A DNA stretch of 64,000 bases from contig CBFIGY010000003.1 in the NCBI GenBank assembly GCA_965662235.1, positions 128,001 to 192,000 of the forward strand. Direction: 5' to 3'. The notes under the pieces were generated by a model, which saw nothing but the letters and a program-made list of their open reading frames with translations, had not been told where the DNA came from and made no database searches. This stretch comes from an uncultured bacterium (GTDB taxonomy: Bacteria > SAR324 > NAC60-12). The translations under genes were made by a program, and so were the position numbers. Below are positions 1 to 9,972 of the stretch, in pieces (positions within the stretch are counted from its first letter, which is position 1; every line of letters begins with the position of its first letter).

Positions 1-136
1 CAAACAGCTCCTGAAGCAGGATGATCTGCGCCCCTGCTTGTGCCGCCTGACGGACCAGCGCCTCCGCCTGCTCCCAGTTCTCCCGGAAGCGGGGTCCACA
101 GGCAAACTGGGTCGCAGCAACCGTGATTTCATTCAT
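1..136 (-). CDS. aguB: N-carbamoylputrescine amidase (nitrilase family), N-terminal part; runs off the window edge
   Basis: My translation, not in the ORF track: MNEITVAATQFACGPRFRENWEQAEALVRQAAQAGAQIILLQELF. The VAATQ...GAQIILLQELF pattern is typical of AguB and includes the catalytic Glu. Confidence 0.75.
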   Translation of the reverse strand, partial: MNEITVAATQFACGPRFRENWEQAEALVRQAAQAGAQIILLQELF

Positions 137-339
137 GGATTCACTCGTCAGAAAAGTCAGGGCGTGGGCGTTCGGTCTTTCGGAAGAATAGAGCCTTCCC
201 ACGAACTTGCAACCCGGGAGCAGGCCTTACAGAACGCAACATCTTCCAGATTGACTTCCCACCGGCTTCCATTGACCCTATTGTCAGACTCCGCCCCTCT
301 TGCAAGCACAGACTCTTTTTCACACACAGGTTTTTTCCC

Positions 340-795
340 ATGATTGTCCTCAAGCGCCTTCTTCCAACCCTCTTCGTTAGCCTCCTCCTCCTCAGCACCG
401 TGGCTCCGGCCTCTGCTCAGGAGTACACTGAAGGTGACCTCCGCCGCGTGTTTCAGACCTACAGCAGCAACGAGATCCGCTTCAAGCGAGACATCAAAAC
501 CAAGCGCATTGTCGTCAACGGCACCTTTGAAACCGTCAAGGAAGGCGCCATGGGCTGGGTGGTTTCTGTTTCACACCGGGGCTTCTTTGTCATGTGCTCC
601 ATGAGCGAAGAGAAGGCCCTCAAGCTTGCCGAGCTTGATCCGGGAGACCGCCTCAAGATCAGCGGAAGCATTTTGTCCGTCGACCCTCCGAAACTGACGG
701 TTCAGCTTTACGGAGAAGGGTGTGATTTGATCGAAATGGAGAAGCTCATCTACCGTCCTGACTACCAAGGAGAGCGGCTCATTCAGGTCAAGTAA
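340..795 (+). CDS. Exported OB-fold protein (tRNA_anti-like family)
   Basis: Signal peptide; YSSNEIRF...RIVVNG...LDPGDRLKISG pattern resembles the tRNA_anti-like OB-fold family. Stop overlaps the moaB start. Confidence 0.55.
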   Translation: MIVLKRLLPTLFVSLLLLSTVAPASAQEYTEGDLRRVFQTYSSNEIRFKRDIKTKRIVVNGTFETVKEGAMGWVVSVSHRGFFVMCSMSEEKALKLAELDPGDRLKISGSILSVDPPKLTVQLYGEGCDLIEMEKLIYRPDYQGERLIQVK

Positions 796-1313
796 TGGCA
801 GAAAAAGAATTTCGACCCCTGAACATTGCCGTCCTGACAGTCTCAGATACTCGGACTGAAGAGACGGACACCTCCGGGAAGTTGCTGGTGGAACGCCTGC
901 TTGCCGCAGGACACCAGCTCGCTGAAAAACGCATCATTCCGGACGACGTGTACCAGATCCGAGCCGTGGTGTCGCAGTGGATTGCCGACCCGGCAGTGGG
1001 CATCATCCTGACCACAGGGGGCACCGGCCTCACCGGACGAGACGGAACGCCGGAGGCGCTCAAGCCACTGTTTGACAAGGAAATCGAAGGCTTTGGCGAG
1101 CTGTTCCGCTGGCTTTCCTTTGAGGAAATCCGGACCTCAACGGTTCAGTCTCGAGCGGTTGCCGGAGTGGCCAACGGAACCTACCTGTTTGCCCTCCCCG
1201 GATCCTCCGGCGCCTGCCGCCTTGGCTGGGACCGGATTCTCCAAGACCAGCTCGACCTCCGCCACCGTCCCTGCAACTTCGCCGAACTCATTCCTCGTCT
1301 CCTCGAAACCTAG
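795..1313 (+). CDS. moaB: Molybdenum cofactor biosynthesis protein B
   Basis: IAVLTVSDTR, TTGGTGLTGRDGTPEA, LPGSSGAC and RPCNF motifs. Confidence 0.95.
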   Translation: MAEKEFRPLNIAVLTVSDTRTEETDTSGKLLVERLLAAGHQLAEKRIIPDDVYQIRAVVSQWIADPAVGIILTTGGTGLTGRDGTPEALKPLFDKEIEGFGELFRWLSFEEIRTSTVQSRAVAGVANGTYLFALPGSSGACRLGWDRILQDQLDLRHRPCNFAELIPRLLET

Positions 1314-2568
1314 GCCCTCCGACTGCCTGCAGCAACGGCACCTCTCCGGCGTCTTGCAACCGACGCTGCAGAAGCGGCTTCAGTGCCTCAAGGGTTGGGA
1401 TCTCCCGAAAGAAGAACCCAGAGTGCGCAAAGTACGTCGATGCTTCCACTGCGGCTTCCACCGCCTCTTCCTTAAGCAAACGCCGCATCACCCCCAGTAG
1501 CAGCGGAGGCTGAGTTCCAGACGACAGCTGTGCCAGCCGCGCCTTGAGCGGTCCAGCATGCCAGGGGTGAAACAGCTCCAGAAAAACCGTCACACCACTG
1601 GTGTGGGTCAGCTCGTAGTCGGGAAAGCAGTGCACCTCCCCCCCTAGGATCAGGAAGTCACTCGCCGGCGCCAGGGACCACTCCGGGAGTTTTTGTGCCA
1701 GCAACTGCTGCAACCGCGTCAGCTCCTCCGGAACATAGGCCAAGAAGCGACGGCTCACCGGCTGCAATCCACAAGACGCATCCAACTTCAGGACCTCCGG
1801 ACGATTCTTGCGCACCTGCACCAGTGCTTCGCATGACCAGTTGGACTGGTGCAACACTGCCGGGAAAAAACTGGCGAGGTTCAGGCCATACTTCTGCGAT
1901 TGCGCATAAAGGCTCATCGGTCCTTCGACCTCCAGCCGAAAGCCCCCTCGCTCATCACGGTGCCAGCGGGCGAGCAGTTGATGAAAGCGAAGGTACTTCA
2001 GCACCTGCCGCAGCTCCGCAGGGCGTGGCTCCGGAAGCGTCACCTCCAGCCGATCGCAGTAAAGCAACAGCGACTGCACCAGCGAAAGGTTGTACCGGCG
2101 CAGCAGCCCTTCTGCAGAGAGGCTCCGGAAGGACTCCAGCGGATGATAAGGCGGCAGATCCCCGTAAAGGCGGCTCATCAGCGACTCCGGAGGCTCGTCC
2201 AATTCGTTCTGAAGCTGCTCCCGAAAGGCCTCTGCGGTCTCCGGAAGCCCCTGCTGCAGGTACTGGGCGCTGACGGCAAAAACCCGCGCTCGGAGTGCCG
2301 GAAGATCCTCTGCTCCTCCGGACACAAACTCAGAGCGATCCTGCAGCAGCTTATCGAACCCCTTGGCCAGCTGCGCGTCTCCCGAAAAGGCCTCTAGCAC
2401 CTGCTGCACCTGCTCCTGAAGACGCTCTCGTGTGGCGCCGATTCCTGAGTCGTAACAGGCGATCAAGGCCTGCGCCAGTTCCAGCAGGTCTGGGTCCTCC
2501 ACAGAAATGAAGCGGGGTCGGATTTGCCCCTTAACAGAGCGAAACCGCAGCAGGTCCTTCGTCAGCAT
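1288..2568 (-). CDS. DUF790 family (Bax1-like) PD-(D/E)xK endonuclease
   Basis: MLTKDLLRFR start, LLRRYNLSLVQSLL, EGPMSLYAQSQKYG and a C-terminal FPDY...VFLEL nuclease-like motif. Confidence 0.8.
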   Translation of the reverse strand: MLTKDLLRFRSVKGQIRPRFISVEDPDLLELAQALIACYDSGIGATRERLQEQVQQVLEAFSGDAQLAKGFDKLLQDRSEFVSGGAEDLPALRARVFAVSAQYLQQGLPETAEAFREQLQNELDEPPESLMSRLYGDLPPYHPLESFRSLSAEGLLRRYNLSLVQSLLLYCDRLEVTLPEPRPAELRQVLKYLRFHQLLARWHRDERGGFRLEVEGPMSLYAQSQKYGLNLASFFPAVLHQSNWSCEALVQVRKNRPEVLKLDASCGLQPVSRRFLAYVPEELTRLQQLLAQKLPEWSLAPASDFLILGGEVHCFPDYELTHTSGVTVFLELFHPWHAGPLKARLAQLSSGTQPPLLLGVMRRLLKEEAVEAAVEASTYFAHSGFFFREIPTLEALKPLLQRRLQDAGEVPLLQAVGGPRFRGDEE

Positions 2569-2583
2569 CGCTTCCTCCTTGGG

Positions 2584-3294
2584 CTAATCCCAGAATTGGA
2601 CGCACTGCTCCACCGGTTCTCGCTCGGTAACCAGTTGGTTCTCCACCTTCTCCCGGTCTTCGTAGCCTAGGGACATTCCACAGACCACCATCTCCTCGTC
2701 CGGAAGCTCCAGCACCTCTTCGATGATCCGGTGGTACTGAGTAAATGCGGCTTGCGGACAGGTGTCTAGGCCTCGCCCACGAGCGGCGACCATGATGTTC
2801 TGCAAAAACATCCCGTAGTCCAGCCAGCTGCCCTGCCGCATGACCCGCTCAATGGTAAAAATCAGCCCAACGGGAGCATCAAAGAACTGATAGTTCCGGG
2901 CATGCTGTGCGCGCATGCGTTCCTTGTCCCCCTTGCCAATGCCCAGCAGCTCGTAAAGGTCGTACCCCACCTTCCGGCGCCGGCTCAGGTAAGGGTCTCG
3001 CCACTCCTGCGGGTAGTAGTCGTACTCCTCGGTGTGCTGTGCGTTTGCCTCCGGGTCCCAGTACGCCTTGAGGATCTCCTCGGAAAGCCGCTGCTTGGTG
3101 GCACCGGTCAGCACATGCACCCGCCACGGCTGCGTGTTCGTCCCAGAAGGCGCCCGCAGCGAAACCTCCAGCAGGTCCCGAATCACGTCCTGAGGAACCG
3201 GATCAGGCCGGAAAGCCCGGACCGATCGGCGACTCCGGATGGCCTCATCGACCACCTGAGCGATCTCTTTTTGATTTTTAATAGCGTCATTCAT
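2584..3294 (-). CDS. Nitroreductase family protein
   Basis: RRSVRAF, APSGTNTQPW, FFDAPVGL and GLDTCPQ motifs. Confidence 0.93.
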   Translation of the reverse strand: MNDAIKNQKEIAQVVDEAIRSRRSVRAFRPDPVPQDVIRDLLEVSLRAPSGTNTQPWRVHVLTGATKQRLSEEILKAYWDPEANAQHTEEYDYYPQEWRDPYLSRRRKVGYDLYELLGIGKGDKERMRAQHARNYQFFDAPVGLIFTIERVMRQGSWLDYGMFLQNIMVAARGRGLDTCPQAAFTQYHRIIEEVLELPDEEMVVCGMSLGYEDREKVENQLVTEREPVEQCVQFWD

Positions 3295-3422
3295 TTTTGG
3301 CGGTTTGTTTGGGGAAGGAAGGATCCAAGCCTCGTCTGAGCAGGGCCTTTGTCACCAGAGCGTTGGGAGGTGCGTGAACCAAGGCGCCCAACCCGGAAGC
3401 GGGTCAGGCGAAGGAAGAGGCG

Positions 3423-4433
3423 TCAGACGGGCTTGAGGTCGACCAGCCGGTGCGTGATGGCAAAGCGAACCAGCATCGGCATGTCGTGAATCTGGAGCTT
3501 CACCATCATGTTCTGCCGGTGGGCCTCAACGGTCCGGGGGCTGATGCTGAGGTCGAAGGCGATTTCCTTGGTGCTGAATCCGTTGACCATCAGCTGCAGG
3601 ATTTCCAACTCCCGGGGAGTCAACAGTTGCGTGAGGGCGGTTCGGGCTTCGCTCAGCTCCAGTTCGGTTTGCTTGCGAGGCGAGATGTTCCGGAGCACCA
3701 GCACCGCGCCGATGATTTCTTCCCGGTCATTGTGAAGCGGAGCCGCGCCTGCATCCAGCGCCACATAATTGCCGTTCCGGGTGATCAAAACCGGTTCCTC
3801 CTCCACCAGACACTGCACCGAACGCCCCTGCAGGGCCTCGTCCACCAGGTCCAGCAGGCAGCCTTCGTCGTTGCCTTCTTGGAGGGGGAAGACCTCCGGA
3901 AGCGTCTTGCCCTGTCCTTCGGCTTCCGTCCAGCCCGAAAGCTTCTCCGCCTGCGGGCTCAGAGACGTAATCAGGCCCTGCAGGTCCACGGTTGCCACGG
4001 AGTCTCCGATGCTCTTCAGCAGCGTGTCGAGCCAGCGTTCGTTCTCACGGAGGCGCTGCTCCATCCGGTGCTTGTAGAGGCTGATTTCCAAGGCCGAGTG
4101 CAGCTCACGTTCCTTGTAGGGCTTCACCAGGTAGGCAAAGGGCTCCGTGATCTTGGCGCGCTCTAGGGTTTTGGGGTCGGAGTAGGCGGTGAGGTAAACG
4201 ACCGGAAGCCGGTACTGCTCCATGATCTGCTGAGCAGTGGCAATGCCATCCAGCTCGCCTGCCAGCATGATGTCCATCATCACCAGATCCGGAAGCTCCT
4301 GAGCCACCAGTTCCAAAGCCCGCTCGCCGGTCGAAGCCATGCCGCAGATGGAGTAGCCCAGGTTCTCGAGCTGGTCGTGGAGACTTTCGGCCACAATGGC
4401 TTCGTCTTCAACAATGAGGATTCGTTCATTCAT
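3423..4433 (-). CDS. Response regulator with REC-PAS-LuxR HTH architecture
   Basis: ILIVEDE / DLVMMDI / YLVKP receiver, a central PAS, and LTPRELEIL...KEIAFDLSISPRTVEAHR LuxR HTH. Confidence 0.9.
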   Translation of the reverse strand: MNERILIVEDEAIVAESLHDQLENLGYSICGMASTGERALELVAQELPDLVMMDIMLAGELDGIATAQQIMEQYRLPVVYLTAYSDPKTLERAKITEPFAYLVKPYKERELHSALEISLYKHRMEQRLRENERWLDTLLKSIGDSVATVDLQGLITSLSPQAEKLSGWTEAEGQGKTLPEVFPLQEGNDEGCLLDLVDEALQGRSVQCLVEEEPVLITRNGNYVALDAGAAPLHNDREEIIGAVLVLRNISPRKQTELELSEARTALTQLLTPRELEILQLMVNGFSTKEIAFDLSISPRTVEAHRQNMMVKLQIHDMPMLVRFAITHRLVDLKPV

Positions 4434-5893
4434 GCTGATTTTACAGGTGATGTTTTTCCAGGGATCAAGAATTCATAGCAGGTGCCCGCGTCTGATGTCA
4501 CCACCAGCTCGCCTTGGAGTTGCCCGTTGAGGACGCGGACCAGACGGAGCCCCAGGCTCTTCGTTGTCTGCCACGTCACTCCTTCCGGAAGCCCGCAGCC
4601 GTCGTCCCAGATCCGCAGCACCAGCATCGACCGGTCCCCTTGCCACTCTCGCTTGAGCGCAATGCCAATGAGGCCGGCGGTACGGTTTTCAGGGAAGGCG
4701 TGCTTCAACGCGTTGCTGACCAACTCGTTGAGGATTAAGGCGCAAGGAATGGCGGTATCAATATCCAGCCCCACGGACTCCAAGTCAAACTGAGTTTGCA
4801 CCCGGACGCTTCCGGTGAGGTAGGACTGCATGATGTCCACCGTGAGTTCCCGGATGTACTGATCGAACGGAACCTGCACCAGTCCCTCGGACTGATAGAT
4901 CTTTTCATGAATGAGGGCCATGGACTGGATGCGGTGCTGGCTATCCTTCAGCACTGCCAGCAGGTGCTCATCTGACGTGTCGCGGGACTGAAGGGTGAAG
5001 AGGCTGGAGATGACCTGCAGGTTGTTCTTCACCCGGTGGTGGATTTCCCGGAGCAGCACATCCTTCTCCGTCAGCGACTCCCGGAGCTGCCGCTCCATCT
5101 GCTTACGCTCCGTGATGTCCCGCAAGATGGCGGTGTAGATCTTTTCGCCGTTGACCTCCAGTTGCGAGATGTTGGCTTCAGCATCAAACTCGCTGCCGTC
5201 CTTGCGACGTCCGTAAATCTCCGAGCGGTCGGCCATGCAGCGGGAGTGCTGATCGGACCGGCCAAAGTCATCAATGTACTGGTGGTGGTTGCCCCAGTAG
5301 CGCTGCGGAAGGAGCACCGTCAGTGGCTGCCCAATCACCTCAGAGGCCGTGTAGCCAAAGATCTGCTCCGCACCATGGTTGTAGAGGATGATGTTCTGCT
5401 CAGAATCAATGGAGATGACCGCGTCTTCCGCGGTGTCCAAAATGCCCGAAAGCCGTCGCTGTGAGGTCCGCAGCTCCTCGGTTTGCTGCTCCACCATTTT
5501 CTCTAGGTTGGCCCGGTAGCTCCACAGCTCTGCCTCCGCTTGCCGCAGTTCAGTGATGTCGAGGGCGGTCACCACCAACCGCTCCGGGGCCTCTGTTCCT
5601 GAAAACTTGGACAGGGTGAAGGACACCCGCCGCAGCTGTCCGGACTTGATGCGCCACACGTGCTCATGGGTGGTCCGGTAGGGAGGCACCTGCACCTCCT
5701 CGATGAACTGAGAGACCAGCTCCTGCTCAGAGGGGTGAAAGAAGAGGTCCCAGATGGACTGCCCACAGAGTTCCTCATTGCGAAACCCGGTGGCCTCGCG
5801 GCACGCACGGTTCGCGGCCAGAACCTCCCCCTTGAGGGTGGTCACCATGAGGATCGCGTCAACCGCGTCATAAACTTCAGCAGGATACTTCAT
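4430..5893 (-). CDS. Cytoplasmic PAS-PAS sensor histidine kinase (HisKA_2 type)
   Basis: Two PAS domains; EIHHRVKNNLQVISSL H-box, NELVSNALKHAF N-box, DDGCG and SLGLRLV G-boxes. 4-nt overlap with the response regulator. Confidence 0.92.
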   Translation of the reverse strand: MKYPAEVYDAVDAILMVTTLKGEVLAANRACREATGFRNEELCGQSIWDLFFHPSEQELVSQFIEEVQVPPYRTTHEHVWRIKSGQLRRVSFTLSKFSGTEAPERLVVTALDITELRQAEAELWSYRANLEKMVEQQTEELRTSQRRLSGILDTAEDAVISIDSEQNIILYNHGAEQIFGYTASEVIGQPLTVLLPQRYWGNHHQYIDDFGRSDQHSRCMADRSEIYGRRKDGSEFDAEANISQLEVNGEKIYTAILRDITERKQMERQLRESLTEKDVLLREIHHRVKNNLQVISSLFTLQSRDTSDEHLLAVLKDSQHRIQSMALIHEKIYQSEGLVQVPFDQYIRELTVDIMQSYLTGSVRVQTQFDLESVGLDIDTAIPCALILNELVSNALKHAFPENRTAGLIGIALKREWQGDRSMLVLRIWDDGCGLPEGVTWQTTKSLGLRLVRVLNGQLQGELVVTSDAGTCYEFLIPGKTSPVKSA

Positions 5894-5959
5894 TTCTCTT
5901 CGTTGGAGGCATCACCCGGAACCTCACCGGCCCGGTTCATGAGGATCGTCTGCGCGGCC

Positions 5960-7330
5960 CTAGGCCACTCCCAACTGCTCCGCCGTATCCGCCAGAGCCA
6001 GCTCGAAGCGCTGCAGAATTTCCTCGATCTGAGCGGCTTCAATGATCAGGGGCGGACAGAACGCAACGGCGTCTCCGGGAAGCGCCCGGAGGATCAGCCC
6101 ATGCTTCTGGGCATGCGCCACCAGCGTCGCGGCCACCTTCTGGGCCGGGTCATAGGATTCCTTGGTTGCCTTGTCCTTGACCAGCTCAATCGCTCCAATC
6201 AGTCCGCGACCACGGACCTCTCCCACCAGCGGATGGTCGGCAAAGGCACGAATGCCGTTCTGCAGCACCGGCTCCAGCTCCTGCACCCGTCCCACCAGGT
6301 TGCGTTCTTCGTAGATCTTGAGCGTCTCCAGTGCCACTGCAGCGGCAGTGGGGTGCCCAGAATAGGTATAGCCGTGCCCAAACAGCCCCAAGGTTCCGCT
6401 TGCGTCCCGGAGCACGTCGTAGACTTCATCCGAGATCAGCAGTCCTGAGATGGGCTGGTATCCGGAAGAGAGCTGCTTGGCCACCACCATCATGTCTGGG
6501 GCAATCTCATAGGTCTGCGAGCCAAACATTTGCCCCGTCCGTCCAAACCCGCAGATCACCTCATCGGCAATCAGGAGCACATCGTGCTTCTTCAGCACCG
6601 GTTGGATGTGCTGGAAGTAGGTCTCTGGGGGCACAATGACGCCTCCAGCGCCCTGAATCGGCTCGGCAATGAAAGCAGCCACCGTCTCTGGGCCTTCCTG
6701 TTCAATCAGGGTGTCCAGGTTCTGCGCCAAGCGAGCGGAAAAGGCATCGTCGCTTTCCCCCGGCAGCGCCTGCCGGTAGGCGTGGGGACAGTCGGTGTGC
6801 AGAAACCGCGCAGCCGGGAGGTCGAATCCGTTTTGCGCGTACGCCAGCCCCGTCATGGAACCTGAAATGACCGTCACCCCGTGGTACCCCCGCTGTCGCG
6901 AGATGATCTTCTTCTTCTCCGGAAGGCCCCGCTGGTTGTTGTAGTACCATGCCACCTTCACCGCCGTGTCATTGGACTCGGAACCAGAGTTGGCAAAGAC
7001 CACCTTTCCCAAAGGCTCTGGTGCCAGATTCACCAAGCGCTCCGCCAGCTCAACGGTAACCTTCGGCAGCTTTCCTGTGAAGCTGTGGTAATAAGGCAGC
7101 TCCTCCATTTGCCGACGGGCGGCTTCCACCAAACGCGGCTCACTCCATCCGAGCGACACGCACCACAGTCCGGACATGCCCTCTAGGTACTCCTGCCCCG
7201 ACTCATCATAGACGTGCACCCCCTTTCCCCGAGCAATCACCAAGTGCTCCTGACGCTCCTTGGCAATCAGATTTGTGAAAGGGTTCAGGTAGTAGCGCCG
7301 ATCGCGCTCAAGAGAAGTGAGTTGGGACAT
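5960..7330 (-). CDS. Class III PLP aminotransferase (omega-amino acid/polyamine transaminase type)
   Basis: EGMSGLWC, NSGSESND, GYHGVT, IADEVICGFGRTG, VAKQLSSGY and HGYTYSGHP motifs. Start placed at MSQLT. Confidence 0.9.
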   Translation of the reverse strand: MSQLTSLERDRRYYLNPFTNLIAKERQEHLVIARGKGVHVYDESGQEYLEGMSGLWCVSLGWSEPRLVEAARRQMEELPYYHSFTGKLPKVTVELAERLVNLAPEPLGKVVFANSGSESNDTAVKVAWYYNNQRGLPEKKKIISRQRGYHGVTVISGSMTGLAYAQNGFDLPAARFLHTDCPHAYRQALPGESDDAFSARLAQNLDTLIEQEGPETVAAFIAEPIQGAGGVIVPPETYFQHIQPVLKKHDVLLIADEVICGFGRTGQMFGSQTYEIAPDMMVVAKQLSSGYQPISGLLISDEVYDVLRDASGTLGLFGHGYTYSGHPTAAAVALETLKIYEERNLVGRVQELEPVLQNGIRAFADHPLVGEVRGRGLIGAIELVKDKATKESYDPAQKVAATLVAHAQKHGLILRALPGDAVAFCPPLIIEAAQIEEILQRFELALADTAEQLGVA

Positions 7331-7479
7331 GTTCGACTCTCCGGTTCGCAGCAAATGGATGGGGGATTTCCGCAGTGGAAAGGCTGAATCGTAGCCTCCC
7401 GTACCGGGAACTGCAAATAATTAGTGAATCTGTCACAAAAAATGTGTTCTCTGAGCAACCCCCCGGAACGCCCGTGCGC

Positions 7480-8853
7480 TCAGGGAGCCGGATCCCAGTG
7501 GGTTCCCAGCACCAAATCGGTCATCGAAAGAACCGCTTCCGGCATCCGGTTCATCACCCACAGCACCGTCTGGGCGCCTTCACACGCCTGAGCAACCGAT
7601 GTGAAGCAGTCCACGTAACGTTCGTAGCGCCCGGGCTCACTGCCCGGCGGGCGCTGCAGGTAGTCCGCTAGGTCGCTGACGCGCTTGGTGTGTCCGAAGA
7701 TGAGTTGGCCATACGCAATGTTGGCTTCCGGAAAACGCGCCGCAGCGTCCCGCGCCAGGTCGAGGCTGTTGGGGAGTCCATCGGTCAGGTGCACCAGGGT
7801 CCGGGCGCCGTCCCACTTTTCCAAATAGGCCTGCGCCGCAGCAAAGGCGGCTTCATACGCCGTGGTGCCTCCCGGAGGCACAAACCCGTCAAAGCGGTCA
7901 AACGAAGGAAGCGCGGAGTCGCTGTAGGGAATGACCCTTAGGGCAATCTTGGGAATGCGGGCCTTGAGGAGCTTCAGCAATGCTGCACAGGCAAGGTTTG
8001 CCATCTTGAAGAGGTCCCGCTCAAACGTCGAAGAGCTGATGTCCAGCAACACCACCACTGCCGGACGAGCCTTGCGCAGCGTTGACCACGACGCCTGATT
8101 GAGCAGAGACGGACACTCCCGGGCCTGCTGACGCTCCAGCACCCGGCGGGTCCGTTCCGGGAACTGGCTCTCTAGGGTCGTGCCCTCCTCTGTTAAAAAG
8201 AGGGATTCTTCAAGGTCCAGGTCCGGAGGAGCCTCCAGGTCAAACCGCGTGGGCACCCGAAACGCAAACATCTCCTGCTCCAGCACTTCACGCAGCTGCT
8301 TCGAACGCGTTGACGTTGGGGACGCTTGGGCCTGATCAGCCTGCGCGATCGCCTGCCGGGCCACCCGATACTCGCGGACCAGACCCTCGTGCTTGAGGAC
8401 ACACGCAAAGCGCTCACCCCAGCGGTGCTCCGGAAGTGGTTCTCCTTCCCAGTAAGGCACCCGTTCCTGCTGCACCACCCGGATCTCAAAATGCGGGTCC
8501 ACCTTTCCAAACCGCAGCCCCCGTTGCAGCAGCGTCAGCAGCTGCCGGACCTCCAACGCCACCGCCCGGCGTGGCACAATCCAGGAGACGCCGCCCACCT
8601 CCACCGGTTGCAGGCACCGGCGGACCCACTGCTGTTCCTCCTTGGTCTGGCACATCCGGAGCAAGCGCTCTAGGTGCTGCTGCACCCGCCGGGCACCTGG
8701 GCCCAGCTCTTCCTTCAGGCGCAGCTCCGCCATCACCTTCCGGACCGTCTGCCTCAGGTTTGGAGGGGCTGCCGCCGGTTCTGGAGCCTCAGCGGTTTTC
8801 CCAAATTCGTCTTCACCTGCGGGTGAAGTTCCGGAGCGGTTCGGCATTTGCAT
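7480..8853 (-). CDS. von Willebrand factor A (VWA) domain protein
   Basis: MIDAS elements LLDISSS, GGTT and LTDGLPN in the C-terminal half; N-terminal half not recognised. Confidence 0.75.
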   Translation of the reverse strand: MQMPNRSGTSPAGEDEFGKTAEAPEPAAAPPNLRQTVRKVMAELRLKEELGPGARRVQQHLERLLRMCQTKEEQQWVRRCLQPVEVGGVSWIVPRRAVALEVRQLLTLLQRGLRFGKVDPHFEIRVVQQERVPYWEGEPLPEHRWGERFACVLKHEGLVREYRVARQAIAQADQAQASPTSTRSKQLREVLEQEMFAFRVPTRFDLEAPPDLDLEESLFLTEEGTTLESQFPERTRRVLERQQARECPSLLNQASWSTLRKARPAVVVLLDISSSTFERDLFKMANLACAALLKLLKARIPKIALRVIPYSDSALPSFDRFDGFVPPGGTTAYEAAFAAAQAYLEKWDGARTLVHLTDGLPNSLDLARDAAARFPEANIAYGQLIFGHTKRVSDLADYLQRPPGSEPGRYERYVDCFTSVAQACEGAQTVLWVMNRMPEAVLSMTDLVLGTHWDPAP

Positions 8854-8907
8854 GGATTTCCTCAGTGTCTCTGAACCCTTGCACCCTCATTCACGATTCG
8901 GTGTTTC

Positions 8908-9522
8908 ATGTTCCGTAAATTACTTCCGGCCCTTTCTGGCCTCCTGCTCCTCGCTGTTCCGGTTTCTGCAGAAACGATCTACCTCAGTAGTGGGGAGTCC
9001 CTTAAGGGCAAGATTCAGGGAATGGACGAGCAGCGCCTGATTCTTGAGTCTAACATCACCGGCAGTCAGATCCGGATCGAACGCGCCGACCTGCGCATGG
9101 TGGAGTTCGAGTCCAGCTCCCGGAGCCTCTCCCGACGCCTCGGGTTTGGCCTGCACTACCGTCCGGAGAACAGCGAAGAAGCCCTCTCCTTGAAAAACTG
9201 GGTCTCGCCGCTGGACTCCTTTGAACTGCTCCTTGGGTACCAAAAAGGAGAGAACCGGGACCGCATGAACGTCGAGGGACGCTTTGCTCGGGTCTTTGCC
9301 AAAGAAGGCATCCAGGACATGTTCTTTGGAGTGGGCGCCGGTCTCGTCAATGAAGGTGACCAGCGGGGCACCACCCTCCGGGTTTTCGGAGGAGCAGAGT
9401 TCTTCCCCGTCTCCACCCCCAACTTCGGGTTCGCTTTTGAACTCGGAGCCCTCGGCAGACAGGGGCTTGCTGAAGACCAGCAGGCCATCTACAACGCCGT
9501 CTCTGCCCGCTACTACTTCTGA
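8908..9522 (+). CDS. Putative outer-membrane beta-barrel protein with a small N-terminal domain
   Basis: Signal peptide, alternating amphipathic strands, C-terminal SARYYF beta-signal. Confidence 0.6.
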   Translation: MFRKLLPALSGLLLLAVPVSAETIYLSSGESLKGKIQGMDEQRLILESNITGSQIRIERADLRMVEFESSSRSLSRRLGFGLHYRPENSEEALSLKNWVSPLDSFELLLGYQKGENRDRMNVEGRFARVFAKEGIQDMFFGVGAGLVNEGDQRGTTLRVFGGAEFFPVSTPNFGFAFELGALGRQGLAEDQQAIYNAVSARYYF

Positions 9523-9525
9523 TCC

Positions 9526-9972
9526 ATGAGCTCCAGGAGGCCGTCCGGAATCGAGTTCGAAGAATCCGACACCGACGGCCACCTCATGGAGCAGGCGTTC
9601 GAGCGCCTGCAACCGCCTCCGGAAGAGGCCAAGCCACCTCCCCCTGCTCCTCTCGCACCGGCCAAACCCGTCCGCTCCAAGCGCGTCCCGGTCACCAATC
9701 GTCCCGACGACGAAATTGACCTGCACGGCATGACCCGTGAGGAAGCGATCCACGCGGTGCAGAACTTCATCCTCAGCTCCCACCGGGCAGGCTTCCGCCA
9801 AGTCCTCATCATCACCGGACGCGGGCGACGCTCCGGGGGCCAAGGCCCGGTGCTGAAGCAGAGCGTGGAGCAGTGGCTGCAGCGCAACGGCAAACCCTAC
9901 CTCCGGGACTTCGGCGAGGCTCCAGGGGAGTGGGGAGGGTCTGGTGCGCTATGGGTGTTCCTGAAGAACTGA
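9526..9972 (+). CDS. Stand-alone Smr (MutS2 C-terminal) domain protein
   Basis: IDLHG..REEA, VLIITGRG and GGSGALWV motifs. Confidence 0.9.
   Translation: MSSRRPSGIEFEESDTDGHLMEQAFERLQPPPEEAKPPPPAPLAPAKPVRSKRVPVTNRPDDEIDLHGMTREEAIHAVQNFILSSHRAGFRQVLIITGRGRRSGGQGPVLKQSVEQWLQRNGKPYLRDFGEAPGEWGGSGALWVFLKN

Noticed and set aside
5960..7330. Assigning this aminotransferase as DoeD of the ectoine pathway
   Set aside because: It lies 40 kb from the cluster and looks like a generic omega-transaminase; the substrate cannot be called from sequence.
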